This document shows, piece after piece, positions 49,353-60,489 of a stretch of 64,000 nucleotides of DNA (positions are counted from its first letter, which is position 1; every line of letters begins with the position of its first letter). The stretch is from Octopus vulgaris (lineage: Eukaryota). The notes under the pieces were generated by a model. The model saw only the letters and a list, made by a program, of their open reading frames with translations, did not search any database and had not been told where the DNA came from. The stretch covers positions 169,570,001 to 169,634,000 of the forward strand of contig OX597814.1 of assembly GCA_951406725.2 (NCBI GenBank), given 5' to 3'. Both the position numbers and the translations under genes were made by a program.

Positions 49353-49672
49353 TGAAGGCATGTGGCTTAGTAGTTAGAGCATTTGACTCACGATTGTAAA
49401 ATTGTGAGTCAATTCCCTGTGACACATTGTATCCTTGAGCAAGACACTTCATTTTACATTGCTCCAGTCCTCTCAGCTGGCAAAAGTGAGTTGTACCTAT
49501 ATTTCAAAGGGCCAGCCTTGTCACACTCTGTGTCATGCTGAATCTCCCTGAGAACTATGTTAGAGGTATATGTGTCTGTGGATTGCTCAGCCACTTGCAC
49601 ATTAATTTCACAAGCAAGATGTTCTGTTGATCACATCAGCAGGGACCCTCGTCATCGTAACCGACGGAATTC
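49353..49672 (+). mobile_element. tRNA-derived SINE family C, long-tail variant
   Basis: TGGCTTAGTAGTTAGAGC head and TCCTTGAGCAAGACACTTCATTT core. Tail differs from the 5200 and 19010 copies. Confidence 0.75.
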
Positions 49673-49879
49673 TCCCATACATCCCATAACAGCAATGTTA
49701 CATTATGGAATTTCATAACATGGAATTTATTTCCCATTGACAACCCTGTTACACACAAAGCAATGAACATAGAAGCCTATGGGAAATATTCTTCACATTA
49801 CAAAATCTCTTGTAATATAATGTGTACAAGGACGAAACATGCAATTCCTGCCACACCCTATATATATATATTAACCACA

Positions 49880-50075
49880 TGTAGATCGTTGGTGATATTT
49901 TCCCTCCATCTTCCTTTTCTATTGGACTTACTTCCACCTCCTGTTTCTGATGAAGAGCTTTGCTCAAAATGTAAAACTACCTTTCTTTCCTTCCCTGAAC
50001 ATCTGCTAATACTTTGCATGTACCATGTCCTTGTGTTGTTGCTATTTTCTCGTGTTTGTTTTTGGGATTAACTAT
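49880..50075 (+). mobile_element. Hammerhead-bearing element, family c
   Basis: 49943-49977: GUUU-CUGAUGA-A-GAGC-UUU-GCUC-AAAA-UGUA-AAAC. Ends GGATTAAC-(TA)n. Confidence 0.7.
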
Positions 50076-50877
50076 ATATATGTGTATATATATATATATA
50101 TATTTGTATATATATATATATGTGTGTGTATATATATATGTGTGTGTGTGTGTATGTGTGGTGTTTATATATATATATATATCAAAACAGGAAGTTGAAA
50201 AATATTTTGAGATTATTTATTCACCATTACACATGTTTCATTTGCTAATAGAAACTCCAAAGTTTTAGACAGAGAAATTAAATTATACTCTGCCTACATA
50301 AATATATATATAACTATATAGTCGCCATATTTCATTCCATAACTGCTATCTCTGAGGAGCACAAGGTTATATAATCAACCTGTTATCAAACACTTCATTG
50401 AACCCCTCATGCAAAACTAATTCGTAAAATTGACCATAATGGATGTATAATACTTTACACTTCAATTGATATAAATATATATATATATATGTGAATGTGT
50501 GTATGTATATGAATGTATATATTAAGACAATACTGCTCTTGTCAAATGCCCAGAACTGTTATACATAGCATCTACATCCTTACAGATTGTCTCTTCTTTA
50601 CAGAAGATTGTGATCAGACAGTGAAACTTTACAGTCTAGAGTAATTTTAATAGATATTTAATTTAATATCCATGACTATAGACTACGTTTGCCCTCAGTA
50701 TATTTCAATATGTCATTGCACATATACACACACAAATAGTTATGTGTGCATGCATGTATGTATGTGTGTGTGTGTGTATGTGTGTGTGTGTGTGTGTGTG
50801 TGTTCATAAACACAAAGACATATACATGAATGCAGGCACACACAGACAGACAAATACACACATGGACATATATATTG

Positions 50878-51047
50878 TAGACAGAAAATTAACTTTTATA
50901 GAACCACCATTAAAAGACAATAATTTTCTTTTTTTTCGAAATAGATAATTGTTATTTTAGATTCAAACATATTATTTTCCTCAGTTTCCTTTCCCCCCTT
51001 ATCTGTAGCTAATCTTTTATGTATGTGTATGTGTACTTGCATATATA

Positions 51048-51113
<66 letters not shown>

Positions 51114-51142
51114 GACATATATACACACATATATGTATATGC

Positions 51143-51181
<39 letters not shown>

Positions 51182-51428
51182 CACACCATCTCCATATATG
51201 TATATAATATATATAGGCATATACATATGTATATATATATATGTGTGTGTGTGTATGTGTATATGTATATATATGTGTGTTTGTGTCAGACTGAGAAAAT
51301 TAACTTTTGTAGAACTGCCATTAAATGACAATAAATGTTTTTTTTTCACAATAGATAATTGTTATTTTCGATTCAAACATATTATTCTGCTCAGCTTCCT
51401 ATCCACTCTTATCTGTGGATAATCTCAT
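50878..51428. repeat. Direct repeat of a ~135-bp unit separated by microsatellite
   Basis: AGAAAATTAACTTTT..ATAGATAATTGTTATTTT.GATTCAAACATATTATT..CTTATCTGT at ~50883 and ~51294. Confidence 0.85.
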
Positions 51429-51794
51429 ACAATTTCTTTGCTTAGCTGACATCAGATACATGCTGGATGATATCAAGCAACTAGCAACAAGGGCTAACAA
51501 GTCTTCCTGCAGTTTTTTGCTGTTATCGCTAATATTGTTTCTCTCATCATTACAGCTGCTACTGCTGCCTCTGCTGCTTTCACTTTTGTCATTCTTATTG
51601 TTATAATTGTTGCGGTTTTATTTTACAACTGTTGTTGTTGAAAATATTTTTGATGTGCTTCTTGAATTTTCAGTAGCAGGTATTTTATTTGCTTTTGAGA
51701 TTTTAGTCCATTTCAGTTTATGATAGATTTTTTTACAAAAAAAAAGAAAAAGAAAAAGAAAAATTTTTAATTTTTAGAAAAAAAAAACAATTTT

Positions 51795-52842
51795 TAAATG
51801 AAAGTGTCTCCTAGAAATTTTATTGTCTGTGAGAATTTCTATGAGTTGATGTTTTAGTTGCCATAGCTGAATCTGTCGAAGAATTAGAAAAGAAATTTTA
51901 AATAGAGGAGCAGAACTCTAGAATCAAGAAGTTTTTAAGTAAACCTAGTAAAGATAGATGTTCCAGTTAAGAAGAAAGAAGAAGAATATTATCAAGTGAG
52001 AAGCATGATCAACACCACCACCGCCACTATCTTTTTCTTTTCCTCCTCCTCCCCCTCGTCTTCCACCTGCTCTTTCTGCTTCCTATCATGCTCCTATTCA
52101 TCCTCCTCCCCGCTCTGTCGTCATTCTTCCTTCTTTATATATTTCACTCACTATGAAATATGGATGCACAAAAGATACATTAAGATCATAGGCTGAATAA
52201 CAGAGAGGAAGAACTTTGTATATAATAGAGCCATTGGTACCCTCGCCGGTAACATGTGTAAAAGATTCAAGCGAGGTCGTTGCCAGTGCCGCCTGACTGG
52301 CCCTCATGCCGGTGGCATGTAAAAGCACCCACTACACTCTCAGAATGGTTGGCATTAGGAAGGGCATCCAGCTGTAGAAACTCTGCCAGATCAAGATTGA
52401 AGCCTGGTGCAGCCATCTGGTTCACCAGCTCTCAGTCATACGTCCAACCCATGCTAGCAACCCATGATGAGGAAGAGCATGCATGATATAAAGTGTTATC
52501 AAATTTGGGGGACGGTGCTATCATGAAGTAACTGATAGCTTCTGTAACTTAGGTGACTTAATTAGCAGTTGACAAAGGTGTTCTAGAAGCTCATAAACTA
52601 GAGTAAGAATATGGAGTAAAATGTTCAGGTGACTATTTACCTTTAGTAGCATCAAAGAGTTTCTTTCTCTTAGTGAAAGGCAGATATGATGCTTATGTAT
52701 GAAGTGTGATGATGTGTGGCTGCTAACAATGGGCAGTGAATGCTTCAGATGTGAAGAAATAAGGCAGTGGTACTTTAGTGGAGTGTAAGTTTAGTGTGTA
52801 TGATCACCAAAGCACAAATGAGCTGAGAGAAAAAAGTGCATA
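51795..52842 (+). mobile_element. Old fragmented RTE LINE (RT and post-PHD relics) with later insertions
   Basis: VAIAESVEELEKKF..LESRSF*VNLVK (51850-51960) and EVTDSFCNLGDLISS..TRVRI..VKGR (52525-52700). RTE 3'UTR insert at 52235-52460. Confidence 0.75.
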
Positions 52843-52845
52843 TAA

Positions 52846-53108
52846 GGCGCAGGCGTGGCTGTGTAGTAAGAAGCTTGCTTCCCAACCACAGCATGGCACC
52901 TTGGGCAAGTGTCTTCTACAATAGCCTTCTACTATAATATATGTGTTTACATACACATGTGTGTGTGTGTGTGTGTGTGCATATGTTAGTCATTTTATTG
53001 TAAATGTTTTTAACCAGATTTCTTTTTAAATTATTTTAATGACCATTCTCAGGCCAACGAAAGCCTTGTGAGTGGATTTAGTGGACAGAAACTGAAAGAA
53101 GCCTGTCA
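52846..53108 (+). mobile_element. SINE family A 5' half, interrupted
   Basis: GGCGCAGGCGTGGCTGTGTAG head and AAAGCCTTGTGAGTGGATT core. Confidence 0.85.
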
Positions 53109-53127
53109 TTTATATATATATATATAT

Positions 53128-54302
53128 AAATTCAATTTTGGGGGATTAATCGATATGCGGGTATTCTATTTCAGATAATACAAAATTAACCTAATGAGTA
53201 TATCTGACAGTAAACTCATGGTATCACTTTGCACATCACAAAATAATACTTAAAGGATATAACCAAAATTTCCAGTTGGGTATATAATATACTTCATTAA
53301 TTATATCCTACTTTAGTTAATACTTATATTTATTAAATATGAAGGAACTACACGTGTTTCAGCATTGGAAGATTACAATATATATACATATATAAATACA
53401 TATATGCTATCGTCAGATTTACAATTATTCCGACACATCTTCAGGTTCTATTTCGAAATATTTTATATCTAATTTTACATCCCTTTAAAAATAAGCAATA
53501 CAATTAAGCGTTAAAGATTAAAAATTAAGAATAAAAATTATACTTTGTAATATTAAGAATTAAAATTTATAAATTATCCATTATAAATATGAATTAGTAT
53601 ATATATCAATCATGTAAAATCAAGTATATGTCAAATACAGAATGTGAGATATAAGATTAAACATCAGAATAAAAATATCTGTGTTTAAATGTAATATATA
53701 ACAAGAAAAATTCAAATACATATCTTCCTTTTTTGCTGGTATATAATGGTGGATTGAGGAAGATAGCAGGGAACTATGGGTATTTATAGGTGAACAGTAC
53801 CAAGGTGGTGGGGGGTGGGTAATTACACTAAACATAGATTTAATTTTAAATTATCCACTATTACTTTTTTCAAATTTACCTTTATTGGGAGGTATATATA
53901 ATTTGTTGTTATATAATTTTAGTAATATTTAATTAATATATTTATTTTATTTAAATTATTGTATTATTTTTTTTTTATTTATTTATATAGTTTATTCAAG
54001 TGCTTTAGAAATAAAATTATATATAATTTTGGTTATATCCTTTAAGTATTATTTCGTGATGTGCAAACTGATACCATGAGTTTGCTGTCAGATATACTCA
54101 TTAGGTTATTTTTGTATTATCTGAAATAGAATTCCCGCATATCAATTAATCCCCCAAAATTGAATTTTATCTGATACTTTGTATATTTATAGATAAATAT
54201 ATAAATATACGATAAATAAGACCCCGAAGTACGATATGTAGATGTATATAATGCTGTAGCGTTACACCTGATTGGTTTGGAAATTTGTTTTCCCAAATTA
54301 TT
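53128..54302 (-). mobile_element. ~1.2-kb hammerhead-bearing element, family f, with ~140-bp inverted arms, in (TA)n
   Basis: Arms 53128-53271 / 54025-54167, plus a ~135-bp extension on one arm. Ribozyme at 53345-53448. No ORF. (TA)n on both sides. Confidence 0.75.
53345..53448 (-). ncRNA. Type I hammerhead ribozyme with intact core and long stem II
   Basis: GAAC-CUGAAGA-U..long imperfect stem II..-GAAA-CACGUG-UA-GUUC. Stem I GAAC/GUUC, palindromic ACACGUGU, GUA site, downstream AAUAAA. Confidence 0.7.
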
Positions 54303-54345
54303 TATATATATATATATATATATATATTATGAGTTAGAGGTTATA

Positions 54346-54835
54346 TTCTTTTATTCCTTTATTGTTTCAGTTATTTGACTGTGGCCGTGCTGGAGCACCA
54401 CCTGTAATTGAACAAATCAATGCCAGTACTTATTCTATCAGTCTCTATTTCCAAACTGCTAAGTTATGGGGAAGTTAACATACCAGCAGTGGTTATCAAG
54501 CAGTGGGGAGACAAACACAGATACAAATACGAACGTATATATATATATATATATATATATGACAGGCTTCTTTCAATTTCTGTCTACCAAATCCACTCAC
54601 AAGGTTTTGGTCGGCCTGAGGCTGTAATAGAAGATATTTTCCCAAGGTGTCACACAGTGGGACTGAGCCCAGGACTATGTGGCTGGGAAGCAAGCTTCTT
54701 ATGACACAGCCATGCATGCATATATTTGTGTGTTTGTGTCTGTGTTTGTCCCCACCACCATCACTTGACAACCGATGCTGATAGAATAAGTACTGGGCTT
54801 ATAAAGAATAAGTCCTGGGGTCAATTTGTTTGGCT
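54346..54835. mobile_element. SINE family A (-, 54346-54712) plus a 3' fragment (+, 54725-54835)
   Basis: Standard family A motifs in opposite orientations. Confidence 0.85.
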
Positions 54836-54919
54836 AAACATATTGTCAATATGTTTGACTAAACATTTTTTGTTTAATAATAACAAGCAAAAATCAATAA
54901 CAAACAAAAATCGTCCAGG

Positions 54920-55500
54920 ATTGGTAGAGAAAATACTAGATGTGCATTTCTGCCTTTTTAGGCTTTGTCAGTAGCATGTACTCACTGGCAAACTCATGCT
55001 AAAGCAAAATTTGTCAATACCAGTATAAGAAACAGTGGTTCAAATATCACTGGTGATGCAATTAAGTGGTTAGCTGATTAAAAATCCATTATATGCAATG
55101 GAAACAGTATAAGATTAAAATAGTCATCTGAGTATCATATTAAATGTAAAGACATTGCTAAAAGCCAAATAAGATACAGTATTCATCTGGATATAATATC
55201 TCTCATGGATATATTATGTTTAATATCACAAATATTTCAGTAGTATAGAAAATTGTCCAACTGTAGTGATAAAAATGTTAGATGTATATTTCTATGTCGT
55301 TGGGTTTTATCAGTAGTGCATACTCGCTGGTGACTGCATGCTAAGACATTGTGGTATTTTGTAATGTATTTGCAGATGGCTATTTTAATCTAAAATTGCT
55401 TCTGTTCCATATAACAGATTTTTTATCAGCTGGTTGAATTATAGCTGCACCAGTGATTTTTTAATGAATGTTTACCTATATTGGTGGTAACAAATAGCGT
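54920..55500. repeat. Copies of the ~350-bp unit seen at 12480-13380, in both orientations
   Basis: The reverse complement of 55030-55200 reads GATGAATACTGTA..ACTATTTTAATCTTATACTGTTTCCATTGCATATAATGGATTTTTAATCAGC..CACCAGTGA. A forward partial copy is at 55365-55465. Confidence 0.6.
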
Positions 55501-55613
55501 CTCTTGAATGATCATGATGTTTGTTAGCAAACATCATATGATGCCATGACAGGGGTTCATGCAAACACACACATACCTACCTATCCACCTACCTACCTAC
55601 CTACCTACCCACA

Positions 55614-55644
<31 letters not shown>

Positions 55645-55645
55645 G

Positions 55646-55698
<53 letters not shown>

Positions 55699-55700
<2 letters not shown>

Positions 55701-58700
55701 TCATCATCATCATCATCATCGTTTAGCGTCCGTTTTCCATGCTAGCATGGGTTGGACGTTCTACTGGGGTCTGTGAAGCCAGAAGGCTTCATCAGGCCCA
55801 GTCAAATCTGGCAGTGTTTCTACGGCTGGATGCCCTTCCTAACGCCAACCACTCCGTGAGTGTAGTGGGTGCTTTTTACGTGCCACCCGCACTGGTGCCA
55901 GACAGAGCTGGCAAACGGCCACGAACGGATGGTGCTTTTTATGTGCCACCGGCACGAGGGCCAGGCGAGGCTGGCAACGGACACGAAACGGGGCGGTGCT
56001 GGCAACGGTCGCGAAACGGAAAGTTCTCTTACATGCCACCGGCACTGGTAACACATCTGCAATTTCCATTGATCGATTTCCATTGATCGATTTCGATTCT
56101 GATCCTCACTTGCCTCAACGGGTCTTCACAAGCAGAGTTTTGACATGCCACCGGCACTGGTAGCACATCCGCAATTTCCATTGATCGATTTCGATTCTGA
56201 TCCTCACTTGCCTCAACACGTCTTCACAAGTAGAGTTTTGTGTCTCAAGAAGGGAAGGTATGCATACGTAGGCCGGCTCCATCCCATGTAGAAGGCCACG
56301 GGTTATGGACTCACTTGTCCTGCCGGGTCTTCTCGCGCACAGCACACTTCCAGAGGTCTCGGTCTCTAGTCATTTCCTCAGTGAGACCTAAAGTTCGAAG
56401 GTCGTGCTTCACCACCTCGTCCCAGGTTTTCCTGGGTCTGCCTCTTCCACAGGTTCCCTCAACCGCTAGGGTGTGGCACTTTTTCACACAACTATCTTCA
56501 TCCATTCTCGCCACATGACCATACCAGCGCAAACGTCTCTCTTGCACACCACAACTGATGCTTCTTAGGTCCAGCTTTTCTCTCAAGGTACTTACACTCT
56601 GCCGAGTGTGAGTACCGGCATTACACATCCATCGGAGCATACTGGCTTCATTTCTAGCGAGCTTACGCATATCCTCAGCAGTCACGGCCCATGTTTCACT
56701 GCCATATAGCATGGCTGTTCGTACACACGCATCATACAGTCTGCCTTTCACTCTGTGCGAGAGGCCTTTTGTCACCAGCAGAGGTAAGAGCTCTCTGAAC
56801 TTTGCCCAAGCTATTCTTACTCTAGCAGTTACACTTTCAGCACACCCGCCCCCGCTGCTGACTTGGTCACCTAGGTAACGGAAACTATCAACTATTTCTA
56901 GTTTTTCTCCCTGGAAAGTGACGGAAGTTGGTCTCAGAGCATTTTCAGTGTTTATTGTTCCTGAGCATCTGCCACATACAAAAACCATCTTCCTAGTTAG
57001 CCTTCCTTTGACATTGCTGCATCTCTTATGTGTCCATAGCTTACACTTGGTGCATCTTATAGAGTTTCTACCTACACCTTTTCTACAGATCGAGCAGGGC
57101 CATCTACCTGAAGGTGTTTATGATTTGTCTACCTTCCTACTGATTACGACTTTGGTTTTAGCTAGATTGACTCTGAGGCCCTTCGATTCTAATCCTTGTT
57201 TCCACACCTGAAACTTCTCCTCCAGTTCTGATAGCGACTCAGCAATTAGAGCAAGGTCATCAGCATAGAGGAGCTCCCAAGGGCATCCTGTCTTGAATTC
57301 CTCCGTTATTGCCTGGAGGACTATGATAAATAGGAGGGGGCTGAGTACTGAGCCTTGGTGGACTCCTACCTCTACCCGGAATTCTTCACTGTACACATTT
57401 CCAACCCTCACCCTACTAGCGGCGTCCCTATACATGGCCCGCACAGCTCTCACTAACCATTCATCTATCCCTAGTTTCCTCATTGCCCACCAGATAAGGG
57501 ATCGGGGGACCCTGTCGAAGGCTTTCTCCATGTCAACAAAAGCCAGGTACAGGGGCTTATCTTTGGCTAGGTATTTCTCCTGCAGCTGCCTTACCAGGAA
57601 TATAGCATCAGTAGTACTTTTCCCTGGCACAAACCCAAACTGCATCTCATCTAAACTAACTCTCTCTCTAATTAGTTGGGCTATGACCCTCTCCGTAACC
57701 TTCATCACCTGGTCCAACAGCTTGATACCTCTGTAGTTATTTGTATCTAGGGCATCAGCTTTACCTTTGTAGCAGTTGACTATTATACTGCTACACCAGT
57801 CATTGGGTATGACCCCTTTGTGTATCACCTGATTAACTATACGGGTGACTAGGCTATAGCCGACACTACCAGACATTTTGAGCATCTCTGCAGTGATTCC
57901 TGATGGGCCTGGGGCTTTCCCTGTCTTCATGCTTCTAATTGCCTTAGCTACCACGGAACTATCAACTCGGATAGCTGGTCCCTCTGTTGGGTCAACATTC
58001 GGCAGACTCTCTTTATCCCATTCATTTTCTTCATTCAGCAACCTTTCATAGTGGCATCTCCAAACCTCTCTCTTTGCATCCTCATTTAGCGCAAGTGAAC
58101 CATCTTCCATGCGAACACACTTCTCTCCTACCACATCACGATTCTCTCTCACACACTGTCTTGCAACATGAAACACCTCCAGTCTTTGGTCCTCACGGCA
58201 CAGAACATTGGCAAATTTTTTCTTATCTGCTTCCCCTCTGGCTAAATAAACCTGTCTCCTAGCTTCTCTTTTGGCAGTCTGATACAATCCCCTGCTACCC
58301 CCATTTTTCCAGACCTTCCAAGCCTGTCTCTTTTCTCTAATAGCCCTGTCTACAATATTGTTCCACCACCACGTTATTCTAGGTCGAGAGGGGACTTTGC
58401 ACCAGCCACAGATCTGGTCAGTGGCTCTCAGCAGGTTGTCCCTTAGAAACGTCCAGCTGTCTTCTACCCCCTGTGATGCTCTATCCCCTTCTACTTCGTC
58501 AGAGGCTTCAAGTAATATGTCCCTAAATCTCTGTCCATTTGCAGGATCTTTAAGCTTCCAGATCCTTCTTCTCCATATTTGTCGTCTTCTGGTTGTCCTC
58601 CTAGTCCTGATCCTAAAGTCACTAACTACCAGTCTATGTTGTGGGGTACATTCTTCACCTGGGAAGGTTTTGGCATTTATAAGCAGCCGTCTCTCCCTTT

Positions 58701-59433
58701 GCCTTGTAAGGATGTAGTCAATTTGGCTGGTATGTTGGCCCGATTGGTAAGTGACTAGGTGGCTGGTAGGTTTCCTGAAGTTAGTGTTGCAAATCATAAG
58801 ATTATTTGCATCGCAGAACTCCAGCAGCCTGGTTCCCTCCTCGTTGCGGGAGCCATAGCCATAGCCTCCATGTACGCCATGGAAGCCCCCAGCATGTCGT
58901 CCAACGTGACCATTGAAGTCACCAGCCACAAAGATAAGGTCTCTGTCGTTCGTCAACGAGGTAGTCTGCAGTAGAGTGTCATAGAATTGGTCTTTCTGTC
59001 CATCGGGTAGCCCCGACTGAGGAGCATAGGCTGATATAATGGTTGCTAAACTATGATGAAGCACTAATCTAATCTTAAGTATTCTGTCACATACTCTGAT
59101 TACCTCAATTACTTTATCTACCCATTTCTCAGCGATAAGTATACCCACGCCACCAACCCCGTCAGTGTTCCCTGCCCAGAAAATCTTGTACCTGCGTTCC
59201 TTGCCTGTGAGGAATCTAGCTGATCCTCCTCTCCACCTTATTTCTTGCATGCAACATATATCCACACATCTCCGTTCAAGCATCTCAACTATCTCACCAG
59301 ACCTACCTTTCAGAGTGCCAACGTTGAGGGTGCCAACCCTGAGGGTGTGGGAGGCATGGGCTCTAGAGACCCTGGGACGGTGGACAGTAGCTTCGTGTAC
59401 CTGAAAAGAAAGCTCGCCTTTGGCAGAATTCAT
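55699..59433 (-). mobile_element. Young, near-complete RTE-clade LINE inserted in (TA)n
   Basis: Single ~3.1-kb reading frame, ~600-bp modular 3'UTR, (GAT)n tail, (TA)n on both flanks, CpGs retained. Confidence 0.97.
56311..59433 (-). pseudogene. RTE ORF: APE endonuclease + reverse transcriptase + PHD finger, with one in-frame TAA at 57118-57120
   Basis: APE motifs GTLNVGTL, MQEIRW, SAYAPQ, AGDFNGHVG, SQIDYIL, QHRLV. RT motifs NYRGIKLL, QFGF, FVDMEKAFDRV, GVHQGSVLSPLLF, YADD. CSIC-CTKC-HKRC-CGRC finger. The two track ORFs are in one frame, 43 sense codons apart. Confidence 0.95.
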
Positions 59434-59435
59434 GT

Positions 59436-59490
<55 letters not shown>

Positions 59491-59519
59491 AATAAACATA
59501 TAAATATACATATATATAA

Positions 59520-59873
59520 AATTAAGATTCAGTTGAATTAGGTACTTAAGTTGAAGCACCAAGTCAGTCCGGTATTGTCCACACAGCTTGAAGTAAGGTG
59601 AATAAAAAGCAAATAAGTAACAAGGATGTCCAAGTATTAGTGCATTATGGTTGTTTCAAGTGGCTTCATTTAATCGCTCAATGCAAACAATACATCACTT
59701 TGAAATAAACCGCTCTCCTCAGAAGTATGCAACCATATAGAATTCCAACATACAGAATACTCCATTATAATTTTTTAGCAAACTTTTCATCAGTACTAGA
59801 GACTAAAATAATTGGAGCCACTTGAAATAGCTGTAATGCACTGATACATGGACATCCTTGTTACTTATTTGCT

Positions 59874-59877
<4 letters not shown>
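59520..59877 (-). mobile_element. Hammerhead-bearing element related to family g, with inverted arm, in (TA)n
   Basis: Arms 59607-59668 / 59813-59874. Minus strand 59641-59731: CUGAGGA-GAGCGGUUU..AAGCCACUU-GAAA-CAACCA-UA-AUGCA. The other arm has GAAA-UAGCUG-UA. The terminus ACTTAAGTACC..CTGAATCT is shared with 48480-48520. Confidence 0.7.
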
Positions 59878-59915
<38 letters not shown>

Positions 59916-59934
59916 AAATAAATAAATAAATAAA

Positions 59935-60231
59935 TCCAAACTTACAGGGAAAAATCAGATTTAGGATTGAATTCAATTTTATAGTAAAATATTATATTAT
60001 ATTAAATTAGAGATAAAACCACTATTAGACAAATCATACAATGAAAAACTTAAGCCAATACATAAGATTAATTAATTTATATTATTTTAAATATATATCA
60101 AAATTATTAAAAAAATAATAATTTTAATAATTTTGATATATATTTAAAATAATATAAATTAATTAATCTTATGTATTGGCTTAAGTTTTTCATTGTATGA
60201 TTTGCCTAATAGTGGTTTTATCTCTAATTTA

Positions 60232-60241
<10 letters not shown>
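59935..60241. repeat. ~120-bp near-perfect AT-rich palindrome with one-sided extension, in (TA)n
   Basis: Arms 59993-60113 / 60122-60241. Another partial copy at 60706-60790. Confidence 0.85.
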
Positions 60242-60276
<35 letters not shown>

Positions 60277-60435
60277 CAGTTGCCCATAAATAAAAAAAGA
60301 AAACACAATCTGAAAGGTATTTTGAGCAGTTATATTTTATACTGTCAAGTAGTATACCCTTAGTTATGCCACCTAACTGGTCATAAATTTCTCATTGGTC
60401 TCAAATCTAATGCACTTTGGATGGAACTAGCACCT

Positions 60436-60475
<40 letters not shown>

Positions 60476-60489
60476 CAAACATCAAAATG

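Noticed and set aside
57118-57120. Rescue of the RTE stop codon by A-to-I editing
   Set aside because: UAA needs both As edited to read as Trp, and single edits still give stops. A simple CAA>TAA mutation is more parsimonious.
56918-59541. Plus-strand ORFs overlapping the RTE
   Set aside because: Antisense shadows of the RTE coding frame.
59434-59562. First 43 residues of the 814-aa ORF
   Set aside because: Derived from the flanking (TA)n and a neighbouring element, so not part of the RTE protein.
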